DNA of 64,000 nucleotides from Cenococcum geophilum (GCA_050273025.1 CP158635.1:2170001-2234000), one strand, 5' to 3'; shown: positions 40,058-54,989, counted from the first letter of the stretch. Program-made: numbers and translations. Notes: generated from the sequence alone by a model not told the origin.

Positions 40058-41447
40058 CCGTAGAAGGTACCTAGGGCTTCTATATTATAGGATGCAGTCA
40101 CGACGCCCTTATAGGATTACGCCAGTAGGCGCGTAAGATAGGAGTTACGACCCCTATAAATGGCAGCTTATACCTATACCGGTAGAAATAATAGAAAGAG
40201 GCGTAGAACTAGAGGCTATAGAAGGCTCCTAAGCTGTATAAAAGCGTACTAACTTTAGGAGGAGACTCTTATATAGACTGCTAGGGGGTAAACTGGTCCT
40301 TAGGCTAATAAAACCCATTATAAGATATCTAAGAGAATGGTGAAATTCCCTATATAAGTGGTAGTGGCAGCTAACTACTTATAGAAAGCCCTAGGCCCCT
40401 AGCCTAGATAAGAGAAAGCTATTAAAAAACTAGGGTAGAGGCCTATATAAGCAGGCATACTAAACTCTACAATATAACTACCTGCTTAGGGTGCCCTATA
40501 GGAGAGTAAACTAACTACCCTAAAGTAGGGAAGATATATTAAAGAAATAGGTAGAGAAAGTAGAAGAAAAATAGTGCTATATTAGGACCCAGGCCTATAT
40601 AAAGGAGGAAGGAAGATGCGTAAGAGGCTAGTAAAGATAATAGTAAGAGAGAGAAAGGAGCTAAAGTAGAGTATAAAAGAGTACTAGGAAACTATCTACC
40701 GTAATATAATACTAGTTAGACTAATACTGGAGAGGTATATAGGAGTTAAAGGTATAGAGACTAACTTAGGTAAAAGGAACCTAAGCTATAGCATAGTTAA
40801 TACTATAGGGGGTAAATACCTAAGAACTCTAAGAAGGCTTAATAAAGGTAGAAAATATAATAGTAACACTCTTAAGAATAGGAATAATAGAACTAAAAGA
40901 TTGGCTCTACTAGGTAGGTATTTTAATAGGTAGCCTAAGATACAAATATAGCTGGCTAAGATAGATACTAAAACACGTAATACTATTATACCCCTTACGC
41001 ATTAACTAAGAAGTAATGCTCTTAGTAGCTAATATAGCAAACTATAATACACTACTCTTAATATAAAAAGGTCTTAAGGCGGTTACTTAATAGCTTATTA
41101 GCTAAAATATACTAGACTAGTTCTAGGCTATAAAGAAAATTATAATAAAGGTAGGTAAAGGAGCAAGTAATAGGCGCTCTATAATAACTCTATAGTAGTA
41201 AAGTAAAGTTTATAATACTAGCGCGTCTATAGGCTTGTTATAGTAGTAGTGGTTCCTAAAAAGGTTAAAAAGTAAGGTAGTAAAGCACCACTAGTAACTT
41301 ATAGGCGCTAAGTAGGCAAGTCCTAAAAGGCAGGGAGATAGATTATAGGGTTTTCTTAAATAGAGTTTTCTCCCTATATATAAATAAGGAGTAGTCCGCG
41401 TGGGCCTAATAGGGATTTAATTTGGACATAAAGCAATAAATAATTAT
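40058..41447 (+). mobile_element. 5'-truncated, internally deleted copy of the LINE family (1.39 kb)
   Basis: 40058-~40484 matches LINE ~25507-25915; ~40485-41447 matches ~30188-31155; 15-bp TSD TATTATTTACTAGGT (40043-40057, 41448-41462). Confidence 0.9.
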
Positions 41448-44139
41448 TATTATTTACTAGGTTCTAGTTAAAGGTCCTTTTACTTTATAGGGAAGGTAAA
41501 GTATAGTTATATATACGTCTCCTTTCTTATATAGCTAAGCTACCTAGTTAGTTGTATACTTTTCCACATCCTTAGTAGTCTAGTCTTAGTTAGTAATCTT
41601 ATACACAAATCTATTACCCTTAATTAATTCTCACGCCTTAAAATCTTCTTATTATAATTTTAGGTAATAATATATACTAGGTAGGATAATTATATAATTA
41701 TCCTTAGTTTTATTATCTAGAGAAACGCTTTTTTAGATTATATTAGCACTATATTCGCTCTCTAAAAGAGAGGGAATATTAATATTAATATAGCAGAATG
41801 CTATAGAGTCTCCCTTAAGCGTGAATTTTATATAATAAGAGTAGGAGATAAGTTATTACTAGTTATTAGGCCTAAGAGTATAATAAAGACAGTAATACTA
41901 AGGATCCTACCTTATTAGCTACTAGTAGAGACTATAAACCATTATTCTTAACTAGCTATAATTTAGCCGCCTATTAATTAGATACTAATAATAGCAGTAT
42001 ATATATATATATATTAATTATTGCTAAAATACTAAAATACTACTATTATTTTTATTATTATTTTTATATCCGATTGTATTATACTACGTATAATACTGCG
42101 CATGCAGCCTCTAGGCTATAGTGCTATAGTTCTATATATATAAATCCTTTTAGGCAGCTTAATATGTCCTAGTAGCTATATCCTAATAGTTTATAAACCT
42201 CTAGACTAGGGGTTTACTGGTCCCTAGTAAAATACTAAGTTGCTAACAACTAATAGGTAGTTTAGAAAAAATAGAAAAGACTATAAGAAATTAAGAAACC
42301 CTAACGCCTATCTATATCCTATTTGTAGTTTATTCTATCCTTTTACACTACTATTATTTAAATATATTTAAAACTACGGATCCTTCTTACTTCTATACTT
42401 TTTAGTTATTTAATAGCAGTATATAATTAAGTAAAGCCTTTTAGTATTACGGACGCTTTAAGTACAATGTTACGACTACTTAGAGAAGAGTTAAAAGAAG
42501 CTAGTTAGTTAATATAAGCACGGTCTAGGATAGAGCCAATAAAGCTATATAACGAAGAATAATAACTAAGGCTATATAATATAATCTGTATAATCTATAA
42601 GATCTATATAATCTGTAATAGAGTAGATAGAGCGTACGTATATTATATATAAGAAGGATTTTATAGGAGTACGGTTGTGTATTTAAGGACCCTTAATCCC
42701 TACCTAGATAGTTCCTTTCTTATAGTAATTCTTAGAATATAATTAGAGTTAATCTATTAGGCAACTACTCTACTAGTTATTATTACGTTATTAACTTTAA
42801 TTTACATTACCTATATACCTAGCCTATTAATAAGCCTATTATAGTTCCTGCTATAAGGTTCCGTTATATAATTACTACTAAAGTTACAGTATTAAATACA
42901 GAAAGTTAAATAATATACCACTAAAAGCAGCCACTATAACGCCATTAATGGCGGCAACTACTTTAAGGTTAGAAGGTAATACTAATATAGCAGATACTAA
43001 CTTATAGCAACCTATAATGGTCGGATAACTATAAGAAATAATTAACTAGTTAATAGAAAATAATATAACGTTGGAAAATAGGATTAATGGGATAGGCGTA
43101 GTAAAGGTTAAGTTACTATTAATTAAAAGGTACTTAGGAGAAAGATTAAAGCTTAAAGGATTCCTTATATAAATGCACTTTAAGGTTATATAGGAAGAAG
43201 CTAAGCTAGTAATACCTATAGATTAAATAGCGTACGTGGGATTATTCTTAACAGAAAGGGCACTTAAATAGTTTAAGCCTTACCTTACGGAAATCTAGGT
43301 AAATGGAATAATAACTATAAACTAAGAGGTATAGTTTATATTTTTAAGCTAAAACGGATTTATAGAATAACTTATATAAATATTTAGAGACCTAAAGGCA
43401 GTAACTACGGTAGAAAGAAAACTTTAAGATATTACGTAATAAACCTTAGCAATTAAGTATATAACGTAGTTCTAGATATTAGCTATATAAATTAAGTAAA
43501 ATAATAGGGCGCTTATAGTATAGTATAAGTAAGGACTTAAGGCTAAAGTCTAGGACGTAATTATCTTAATAAAAGATGCGGATACCCTAAGAGAATTAAT
43601 AGATTAAGTAATTAAGATTAATAATTGGATTTACTAAAGGGAATAGGCTAAGAGAGGTTAGGATAGAGTTCTATAGTTATATAAGGTATAGAGTATATAA
43701 TAACTAAAGCTAAATTAGAAACTATAGTATAATATAGAGCTAATAAACCTAAGTGGTACTAAAGAAGTGTCACGGTACTAACCTGACGCATACTGTTTCA
43801 TACTATCTCGTACTATTTCCTATTATTAGCTGGCCCACCACTAGTGACTTAGCGGCTGGCCCTACTATTTATATATAATACCCCCTTTCCACCTTCCCCT
43901 CTTTATACCATAACGTAGTTATTTAGTCTACTTTATTGCAGCACTATAACAGTTTATAGTATCTTTAATTTGCACCCCGTCGCGATTACTAATTCCCCAT
44001 ATTTTAGCTAATTGACCTCCGCCCTAAAGCAATCGCAACCTATACGCGCCCCTACTAAAACTAATACGTCCCTAATATAGTTTTAGAATGATCCTTAGTT
44101 TTTACCTAGCGCCTAGATAGGCGACACTAATGACGCCGA

Positions 44140-47100
44140 AATGGCTAAAACCTAGAACCCCCGCAACGTTTTTATAGACCTCTTTATAAAGATATACCCT
44201 AATATCGCGTGGATAATCCGCCGCTCCCTACTGTACCCTAAGACCTTTAAGCCTACTAAAGCTTACCTTACCCTTATTAACTATACTAATGAGTTCCTTA
44301 GTAATATTAAAGTAGGACTATAGTGTATATATAATATAAACACCGCTAATAAGAAAGCCAACGAAAACCTTAGTACCCTTATTGCTTTTTAGATAGGAAC
44401 TATTAACTTCTAGGTAGAGACTATTACCGTTCTAAAATAATTAACCCCTATAATAATGGTAGTAACCTAGCAGAAAAAATAGAGATCTAAAGACCCGCTA
44501 ATATTTAGTGGAAAAGGCACCCTACTAGAATAATAAGCTAATTTTAAGACCTAGCATATTAAGATTAAGGGAGTTTTTAACTAGGACTAGGACTACTTTA
44601 ATATAGTTTAGTTCTAGATCCTTTATATCTTAGATATACTAGAGGACAAGACCTATAAGTTTATTAAGTAGGGCCTAGAGCTTATATATAAGAACCTAAA
44701 CAATATATCTACGTGGAAATGGCCTACTAAGGAAGATATGCTTAAAGACCTTACTGCCCACTATAAGGTCCTTAATATAACCTAGGTCGTAAAGAACAAG
44801 CTTAACTATTTCCCCTAGGGCGAGTGTAATTACTAGTCTTAGAAGGGAGAGCTTAATAAGCTAATAGTTTATACTAAGAAGATAGACGAATAGAAGGTAG
44901 ACCTACTCTAAAAGTTTATCTCTCTAAAGATAGAAGAGCTGGTACTTGGATTTACCTATAAAATTAATAATAGTAACTATATAGGTTAGAGCAAGCAGAT
45001 AGATATATTTGCTAAAAACCTCGCAAACTATATATACCGAGCCAACCTTAAGAAGAACGCTAACCACTGCCTACCTGCTTAAGCCCTTGCCCCTATATTA
45101 ACCCTAACCCTAGCAGTAACTAGAGAACCTATAGACCTTAATAAAATCTTAGATATGGAGTATAAGCGCCGCGTTAATAATAGACTATACCTTACCTATA
45201 GCCTGCCTAGCTACTAAAAGGGTGCCTATAACCCCACTAAGACAGTAAACCTAGTCCTAATGCTACCCTATTAAACGACGCGAACTAATAACCGTAGATG
45301 CGGTGACTGTGGAGTCTATTATAGACGCAGCGACCATAAAGCCTATTATGGCCGCGGTAGATAACCCCTCCCCTTTAACCCTATAGCTTAGTTACTCTAA
45401 ACTATACCCTATATAGGAGCCCAACCTATTAATAACGCCTAGTATTAGCGACTTCGCGCTAGCGAATATAAACACGGCTACGTCGTTAGCGAGGTATTAT
45501 CTTCCTATACCCTAACCGAAACTAAGATTAATACCACCAGCTAGACGGACACTAGACCGCCCTACTAAGACAGCTCTATACCCTAGTTATTAAAAGGCAG
45601 ACCCTTAAACTAAGTTACGTTTAAGGGTCTAAACTATATAAGGAGGAAGACGAGAAGATTAGGTCCCTATTACTAGATTAATTAGTTCTTTCTATTAGTA
45701 AACTACTACTTAATCTTAGATTAGTAAATAGTAATAAAAAATTAATCCTTATTTAAACCTAACTCTTCTTATTACGTAACCTATACCCCTAAGTTTATAT
45801 TAATATAGTAAGCCTAGTGGACTCCGGTAGTATTATAATAGTATTTACTAATATAGAGTCTATTATAAGAAAGTATAACATTATAACTAAGAAGCTGCTA
45901 GTACCTAGGCTACTACGCCTTATAAACAGTATCCTAACTTTACTTATTACAGACTACTTTACCGCCTAAATATTAATCGGCCTCTATACTAAAGCCATAC
46001 TCTTTTTTATTACTAAACTCTTACCCACTACCCTAATTATCCTAGGTATGCCCTAGCTTTAGAAGCATAAGCCCTATCCTAGCTTTAGGAAACTTAAGAT
46101 CCGCTTTAACTTAGACTACTACTCTAGGCACTACCTTCTATAGGGGATAACCGACATTAGTAGGGACGCCCTATATAGATACTTAGTACTACTAAGCCTA
46201 GTGCCTAGGACTATATATAAAGCCCTAATAGTAGAAGATGTTTCTAATAAAGGGGAGCCTATATAGCTGCAAAGAAACGAAATAGTAGAAGACTGGACTA
46301 CCCTAGCACTTAAGACTAAAATAATAGGCTAGCTAGCCCTACCGAGACTAAGGAAGAAGGTCTGCTTTACGCCGCTACTACTAAGAATTTAACCCTAACC
46401 TAGGCACTATTTAAACCCTAGCCGCCTAACCTAATACCTAGAACTAAGCTATATGCCATATATATATACTATAGCTCGCGTTATAGTAAGGATTGGCTAT
46501 AGAACTACTAAGACCTAGATAGTAGAAACCGCGCTACCGCAACGCCTAACCTTATACCCATCTCCTGCGCGTACTATATAGGGCCGCCGCCTTGTTTCTG
46601 CCCCCCTAGGCCGACTAAGCTATACTAGCCTAGCCGTAGTACCAGAGAACTAGATACGCCCCAACTTAGATAATATTAAATGCACTTATATTATTAATTT
46701 TACCCAGTTCTATAAATAAAAAGATATAAAGGTAATGAGGATCCATATAGTAGAGTTAGTAGAACTAGTTAAATAAGATAAGCACTAATAGCTACTTAAA
46801 GAGCTGCCTATAGGCCTAATAGAAGTACCGAACCTATTAAAAAGGTCTTTCTGCCGGCTAGTGGAAGGCGACTATATAATAAAGGAAGCCTATAAAGTGC
46901 TCCCCCCCTATTTCTATAACTTTTTTAAGATAAATTTAAAAACCAAACCTGAGCTTTTATATCGGAAGATAGTTAATACTAATATTAAAAAATTTCTAAA
47001 AGGCAAACTAGGATTAACCCATGAAGATATTTTATAACGCCTATTAAAGGAGTTTAGTAAATATATTAAGCACTTCCTCCCTAAAAATATAGATAAGCTG

Positions 47101-50100
47101 CCCCCTTACTAACCATAGGACTATAAAATTAAGATCACCCCCAGAAACTAGGCCCCGTACTATAAAAATAAACTACTTTTACCTACTAAACTTAGGTATG
47201 TAAAGAAGTAGATTAATAAGATACTAGATAAGGGTTTTATCCGTAAATTAACCTCACTAGCTACCGTACCACTTCTCCTTGCTGCTAAGCCCGGCGGCGG
47301 TGTATAAATCTACTATAATTACTAAGGCCTAAATATAGTTACTATTAAGAATTAATACCTACTGCTACTAATCCGCGAGACACTTAACGCACTTTATAGT
47401 GCTAAGTACTTTACTAAACTTAATATAATTGCTACGTTTAACTAGATCCGGATTATAGAGGGCTATAAATAGCTTATAGTATTTATTACCCAGTTTAGAC
47501 TCTATAAAATGCTAGTTATACTATTTAGCCTCTATAATATACCCGCTATATTTTAAAACTATATTAACCATGTTTTATATAACGCCCTTAACAACTACTA
47601 TACTGCCTACCTTAATAACGTCCTTATCTTTTCTAAAATACGCGCCGAGTACACTAAGTATATAAATAAAATTATCTAAAGACTTGGTAATACTAGACTT
47701 TGAATTAATATTAATAAGTCTAAGTTCTACTCTACTAAAATAAAATACCTCGGCCTAATTATCCTAACTAATAGCATAACTATAGACCCTAAGAAGGTAC
47801 AGGCCTTATAAAAATAAAAGGACCTAATATTAATTAAAGAACTATAATAATTTCTTAGCTTCGCGAACTTCTACTAATAATTTATTTAAAGCTACTTTGC
47901 TATTACTATACCTATAACAAAACTCCTAAAGAAGGATATTAGATAGCTATAGGGATTAAAATAAGCTAAATTATTTAAGGCCCTTAAGGGAGCCTTTACT
48001 TTAGTACTAGTACTAGCATACTATAACTACACGAAGAAAACAGTAGTAGAAACAGATGTATTAAATTAGGCTTCTAGCGGAGTCCTTTCCCAGTATAATA
48101 ATAACGGAAAATTAAGACTAGTCGCATTCTTCTCCGCAAAGCACTCTACGCTAGAGTATAACTATAAGATCTATAATAAAGAACTCTTAGCTATCGTTAA
48201 GGCTTTAAAGGAATAGCGTCCTAAGCTATAAAGGACTAAGGAGCTGTTTAAAATTATTACTAACTATAAAAACCTATAGACGTTTATAACTATTAAGCAG
48301 CTAAACTAGCGCTAAGTTTAGTAGGCAGAGTTTCTTTTATAGTTTAACTTTGTAATTATATATAGACCTAGTAGTAAAGCTATACTCCCTAACGCCCTAA
48401 GCTGGCTACTAGGAATAAGGCCTAAGGACGCTAATAATAAACGCCTCCGCTACTAAGCCTAAGTCGTTATACCGCCCCAAAAAGTTAACCCTATAATCTT
48501 AGAAGAATTACTATATAAGTCCCGTAACTCTAACGATATAGAGTTTATAGCCGCTCTAGACCCTAAAATAGCCGAAAAGTTACTAGACGAGTTAATTTAG
48601 CTAGGATACTAGGAGAATAAACTCGTAAGAGATATAGTAGTAGCCCTATGTAATTAGAAAGCTCACTATTAGCTAAAGAAGATTAGGAAATTACTCCGCT
48701 ATAATAAGTTAGAATGTAGTATTATTAACGGATAGATCTACTTCCGCTAACGTCTTTTTGTCCCTAACGCCCTAGACCTCCGCCTAGAAGTTACCTATTA
48801 CTCTTATAGTAGTGGCCCCGCTAGTTACCCTAGCTAGGTTAAAACTCTTAACCTCTTAAATTAAATATATTAGTGGCTAGGAATCTCCTAGTTTATAACT
48901 ACCTTCGTTAAAGACTATACCCTATACTTTTATACTAAGACCCCCTATTCTGCCCCGCCTGGTTTTTTAAAGCTACTAAAATTACCTACTTGCCTATAAA
49001 CTAATATCTTAATTAACTATATTATAACGCTGTTAATATACTAACGCTACGGCAAGGTATATAAATATATCCTTATTATTATAGACCACCTAACTAAAAT
49101 ATAACACTATATTCTAGTAATAGGACTCTTAATAGAGGAGCTAGTTAATAGCTTTATTAATAATATATATAAGCTCTACGGTGCACTAAGCATAATTATC
49201 TCCAATCGCGGCATATAATTTATTAACGACTTCTAGCAATAACTAAGTAAACGCCTTAAGACAACCTTATAACTAAGCTTAGCCTAGCACCTAAAAATGG
49301 ACGGCTAAACTAAAATTATTAACGCTGCTATAAATAAATACCTCTGTACTTTTATTAGCTTTATATAGAATAACTAGGTTAACTACCTACCGCTCGCTAA
49401 GTTTACTATAAATAACCAAGTTAATAAGAGTATAGGCATCTCCCCATTTTTTATAAACTATAGCTTTAACCCTTGCCTCGAAATCGAGCCTACTGGCCCC
49501 TACCTACTAACACTATTAGTATAAGTAAAGAAGGAGTTCTTCTGTATAGACTTTATAGCCAACTGCTTTAAGCGGATATTAATACAGCTTAAGGCCCTAG
49601 CCCGGATTTTATAGCAACGCTATAAAGATAATACTAATACCCGTAGAAATAAGAGCGTGTTATTCTATAAAGGTAATATAGTTATAGTTAGCTTAGAAAA
49701 TATAAAGATAAATAGACCTAAGAAGAAATAGGACAATAAATAGGACGGCCCGTACCCCGTACTCGCAGTATACTAAAGGGTAGTCGTAGTAAACCTCCTG
49801 GACCATATTTAAGTAAATAAATCCTTTTATATATCTAAGGTCCGCCTTTAAGCTGCTAAAGAGATCCCTAGCTAAGTAAATATTAATATTATAAAGCGCC
49901 GTAATGTACAAAGATGAGTGGTAGAGAGAGATAATAACGGCAATATAGAAGATAAATGGGAGTTTAAAAAAATCCTTAATATACACAACAAAGACCCCTA
50001 GGGCCTAACTTATAAGATTAAATGGAAATATTATAAGGATATAACCTGGCAGCTAGAGGAAGACTTAAAGGGTTATAAATAAGCTATATAGCGCTTTTAT

Positions 50101-50163
50101 AAGCAACACCCTAAGAAGCTAAGACCCCCAGACTGGGTATAAGATAAGAAAAAGTCACGCTAA
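44140..50163 (+). pseudogene. gag-pol: RIP-inactivated gag and pol of E (boundaries approximate)
   Basis: Protease LVDSG ~45814; RT AYLDDV ~47605; RH VETDAS ~48046; integrase ISDRG ~49198; chromodomain WEFEKIL..YxIKWK ~49957-50060. Confidence 0.86.
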
Positions 50164-50199
50164 GGTCGCGGCTGACCACCGTATTAAAATTTATGGTGG

Positions 50200-50412
50200 T
50201 TGAGATGTTATAAAACTTTAACCGGCGGTTAAAGTTATCTAATTAGCTAAATTCTTACTAAGAAACGCCATACGGATTGATTTGGGTGGCGGTATAGAGT
50301 TCTGCCAACCTTACTTACTAAACTAACTAATTAAGATTTTCTATACCCAGCATAGAAAATTACTATTAGCTTAGTTAAGGGCGGTAAGCGGAACTAATAT
50401 CTTCGCGGTAAA
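50200..50412 (+). other. Shared cassette, copy in the Gypsy E 3' UTR
   Basis: AACTTTAACC-GGC-GGTTAAAGTT (50214-50236); GATTTTCTAT..ATAGAAAAT (50335-50360); tail TAAGCGGAACTAATATCTT shared with the F copy. Confidence 0.85.
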
Positions 50413-53400
50413 AAATAGGCAACCCTATATACTGCCTATTTTTAAGTTATTTATTTAGTTTAGGGACCAAACCATTTAGGGGAGAGGAGTACTATTACGG
50501 CACTAACCTGACGCATACTATTTTATACTATCTCGTACTGTTTCCTACTATTAGCTAGCCTACCACTAGCGACTTAGCGGCTGGCCTTACTATTTATATA
50601 TAATACCCCCTTTCTACCTTCTTCTCCTCTTTATACTATAACGTAGTTATTTAGTCTACTTTATTGCAGCACTGTAATAAGAAGCCTATAAGAGATAGAG
50701 TAAGAAACTATAGAAACCTAGAGGTTAAGGATTTAGTAATTATAGGACTAAGGAGTAAAGGCTAAACTAAGGATCTTAGTAGTAGAAGATATTTAGGCGG
50801 ACTTTATAGTAAAGTTAATAGTTTAGAGATAAAGCTTATATAAATTGCGGGAAATAAGGTTATTTTATAAGGGATTATAAAGATAGTTAGAGTTACTATA
50901 TAATAAAGGGAACTAAACTAGTAGTAGAAGATATATATATATAGAGGGATAATAGTATACTGTAAGGAATAAAAGAGTATTTAATTAGAAGTTTCGCGTT
51001 TTATTATAATAACATATACCAAATTTATAAAGACGCTAAGTATAGCGCAAGCTATTGGCTATAAGAGCTATATTTAACGGAATGTAAAGGAACCAATAAA
51101 CTAGTTCGCAGATTAGATATTAAGGATAATAGCTTTAATAAAGGTAAAATATTTTATAATAATAAGGTAATAAGGGCCGCTTACTAGGAGTAAGTAGACC
51201 TTAAAGATATTATATAAAAGGTAGAGGACGATTCTACTATAGAATAGGGAACGTTAGTAGGGATTAAGACCCTACTAGATATAATATCTATCGCTTCGCG
51301 AGACGTAAGAGAAGTAGGGCAGTAAACTACTTTAGCATTTAAAAAAGGTAAAAGGCTAAAGGCTTAAGATTTTTAAGACGAGATAAAAGATAACTAAGAT
51401 TTTTAAGACAAGATAAGGTATACCTAAGGACCTATAATAGACGAAAACTAATAGAGTAGGGCAGTAGCTTAGTTTAAAGATATATAAATAAGTTTAGGAT
51501 AGAGTTTCCTATAAGTATAAGACTCTTAAGATAAAATAAATAAGATTTAAGACTTTTAAGATAAGATAAGAATATTAAGCAAGCCTAGTTAAACTAAGGC
51601 TAGAGTAAAGCTTAAGTTAAAAGCGAGCTTAGGATTAAAGAATTTAAGGGATTAAGAATTTAGAGTATAAATAAGGATACCTATAAATAAGAGGCAAGCG
51701 GCTTCTTTATAGATTAGAGAATTTATAGCATAAATAGTAACTAGACTAGGAGACAGATATATAGACCTAGAAGACTTACTAAGGGAACGTAGTGTTTAGC
51801 CTAAAGATTAAAAAATTAATACCAAGATTAAGAAGTAAGAAGACTTTAAGGATCTATTTATAAGACGCAAACTAAAGGAAACTATAGAAGAATTTAGGTA
51901 AAGAATTATCGTATAGTAAGAATAGAAACTAGATAAGAGATCTAGTATATTAAGACGTATAAGGGATAAGGTACTAGTATAAAGAATTACTAATAGGCCT
52001 AGAGCGGGCATACTAAGAGCTAAGTGGCTTATTAAATTGGAAAATAAAGAGGATCTAGGGATTTTAACTAGGTTTAAAGAACGATATATAAAAGGCTGTT
52101 ATAATATAGTAATAAAAAGATACTTCCTTATAAATAAGCCGTATACACTTTAGTAGCTGTATTAAAGGTAGTATAAACAAAGGCATAATAATAAGTGGGA
52201 AGATTTCTATATATAGTTAAACGAGAAAATTATCTAAAACCACCTAATTATGGAAAAGGCTATAAGTTATATTAAAGGAGCCTTAATTATATTATTAAAG
52301 GATCTAAAGGAGCGGTTGGAGGACTAGAGAAGTAAATAACGTATCTTAATACCTGCGAATAAAGTTATAACGCTTAGATTAATATAAGAAAGGTTTAAAC
52401 TTAAGAGTAAAAATAAGCTAAGAGTTAACCTAAGACACTAAGTATATTATACGCTATTATAGATCATATATATAGATAACGTGTATAATATATATAAAGC
52501 ACTAAAGAATAAGTACTAGAAATACCCTATAAGAATATATTAGTTAGTAAAGAAATAAAAGTATTAAAATGCTAAGTATATATATAGCTGGCATCTAATA
52601 AAAGTTTAGAAGTTAGGTAACTTAATACTTTAGCTAAAAAGATTCCTTACAAAAGAATACCTAAATAGATAATAGTAGTAGGAATACCTAAAGAATATAT
52701 ATTTATAGTATATTAAAGATAAAAAGTAAACTAAGTATTGGCTTAAGTTAAACTAAGTATAAATAGGATTAAGCAGCTAATAGTTAGGAAAAGTAGAGGC
52801 CTATAAAACTAAAGGGAGCTAGTAATAAAGCCTTAGACCCTTAAAGGAATTTAAAAATAACACCTAAATTTATAAATTAATTAGTAAGATTAACAGTTTA
52901 AGGCACTAATAGATAGTGGAGCAATAAGGAACTATATCTCGCTAGCAGTAGTTAAAAGGATAGGTTTACTATATAGGAAAAAGAAGCACTCTTACCTATT
53001 AGTAATAATTTTAGGAGATCTAATAGCCTACAGAGGAGGCATTATTAATCTTAAAATAGGACCTATTTAGTTAACTATTAAAGGGAGATAAATTAAGATG
53101 TCTTTTAATATATTACTATTAGGGAATAATAAGGCAGTACTAGGAATACCTTAATTATAGGAATATAATCTAAAGATTAATTAGGTTATAGGTTAGGTTA
53201 ATATTAGAGATACTTAATGCTATAAAATGCAATAATAAGCTAAAATAGTATAGTACTAATTTGGAGCGATATATAAAGAAACTAAGTAAGGCTTAAGTTA
53301 TATACTAAAGAGATACTATAAGTATGGTAAGAAACTATAGTTACTAGAAAGTAAGAAGCTATTAGAGTATATAGTATAGGATTATAAGATAGAATTAGAA

Positions 53401-54989
53401 CTAGAAATAAATCTAAAATTCTTTCCAATCTATAAGCTTACTAAAGAAGAAGGTAGAGTATTAAAAGAGTTTATCTAAGAAAACTTATAAAAGGATATAT
53501 TAGACTATTGTAGTTATTAGCGGGTTATCTAGTACTGTTTATACTAAAGAAAAATGGTAAACTAAGGCTATATATCGACTATAGATAGTTAAACAGCATT
53601 ACTAGAAAGGATAGGTATCCTTTACCCTTAATTAGCGAAATTTAAGATAGGATAGGTAATATATAAATCTTTATAAAGATAGATCTAAGATAGGCGTACT
53701 ATTAGATTAGAATTAAAGAAGGCAATAAATAAAAGGCAGCTTTTAGGTTAAAGGAAGGACTATATAAACTATTAGTTATATAATTTAGATTTATAAACGC
53801 ACTAGTAACGTTTTAGAAGCGTATTAATAATATATTAGGAGAACACTTAGATAAATTTATTATAGTATACCTTAATAATATTATTATCTACTTAATAACT
53901 AAGGAAGAATACGGAGAATACATTAAATAGGTCTTAAAGAGACTATAAGAAGAATAGATACTAGTAGTAATTAAAAAATATAAGTTCTTTACTAGGAAGA
54001 CCGATTTTATTAGATTTATTATTAAACTAGGCTAAGTTAGTATAGATTTAAAGAAGATTAAGGCTATAGTAAATTAGTAAGAATTAGAGAATGTTATATA
54101 GTTAAGATTATTTTTAGGGTTTTGCAATTACTATAGAAGGTTTATAGTATAGTAATTAAAGGATATTAAGCCACTTACGCGATTAATAAAGAAAGAGGAA
54201 CTATAGGCATGGGAAGAGGAATAGTAAGAATTTTTTAAGAAAATTAAAGAGTTATTTACCTAAGAGCTAGTTCTTAAAATCTATTAACTAGGACTAGAGA
54301 TAGTTATAGAAATAGATATATTAGATTATATACTAAGGGTATACTTTATATAAAAATATTAAGATAGATAGCACCTAGTGGCATATTATAGTTAAAAGAT
54401 AACACTACTAGAGTTAAACTATAATATTTATAATAAGGAGTTATTAAGTATAATTACAGTACTAAAGAAATAGAGAGCATTCTTATAAGGTATAGAGAAA
54501 CTATTTATAGTTAAGATAGATTATAAGAACTTAATAGGATTCCTAATAAAGACGTTAATAAATCTTTATATAGACCTTATAGAATTAGTAAAGAAAGTAT
54601 AAAAGAGAATAAAAAAGTACTATAATGCTAAAAGATCTAAGGGACTAGATCTTAAGGAGGGAGATAAAGTATGGCTACTATACAAAAATTTTAAAAGTTA
54701 ATAACTAAGTAAGAAGTTAGACTATGTTAGACTAGGACCTTTTAAAATTATATAAAGGATTTTACCAGTTATATTTAAGTTAAACCTACTAGCTAAGATA
54801 AAGATCTACCCTATATAGTATATTATAATACTAGAGCTAGTATATAGAAATATTAAGCTATTAGTTTATAAAGCAGACACATATAAAGGGTAAAAAGAGG
54901 ATAAATAGTAAGTTTTAAAGATCGTTAACTATAAGGATATTAATAATAAAATATAGTATAAGGTTAAGTAAATAGGCTACACTAAGACT

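Larger units (their letters stand above)
43768..50679 (+). mobile_element. Chromoviral Ty3/Gypsy element E, full length (6.9 kb), nested in A4 gag
   Basis: LTRs 43768-43951 and 50493-50679; TSD AGAAG (43763-43767, 50680-50684); PPT GGGGAGAGGAG before the 3' LTR. Confidence 0.94.

Noticed and set aside
41995..42065. (AT)n and (TAT)n tracts as a functional element
   Set aside because: Short simple repeats, readily produced or exaggerated by RIP; no supporting structure.
1956..52011. The twelve short ORFs in the supplied track as functional genes
   Set aside because: All lie inside RIPed transposons. 16617-16898 and 1956-2159 are in-frame remnants of retroelement polyproteins; the rest are antisense shadows.
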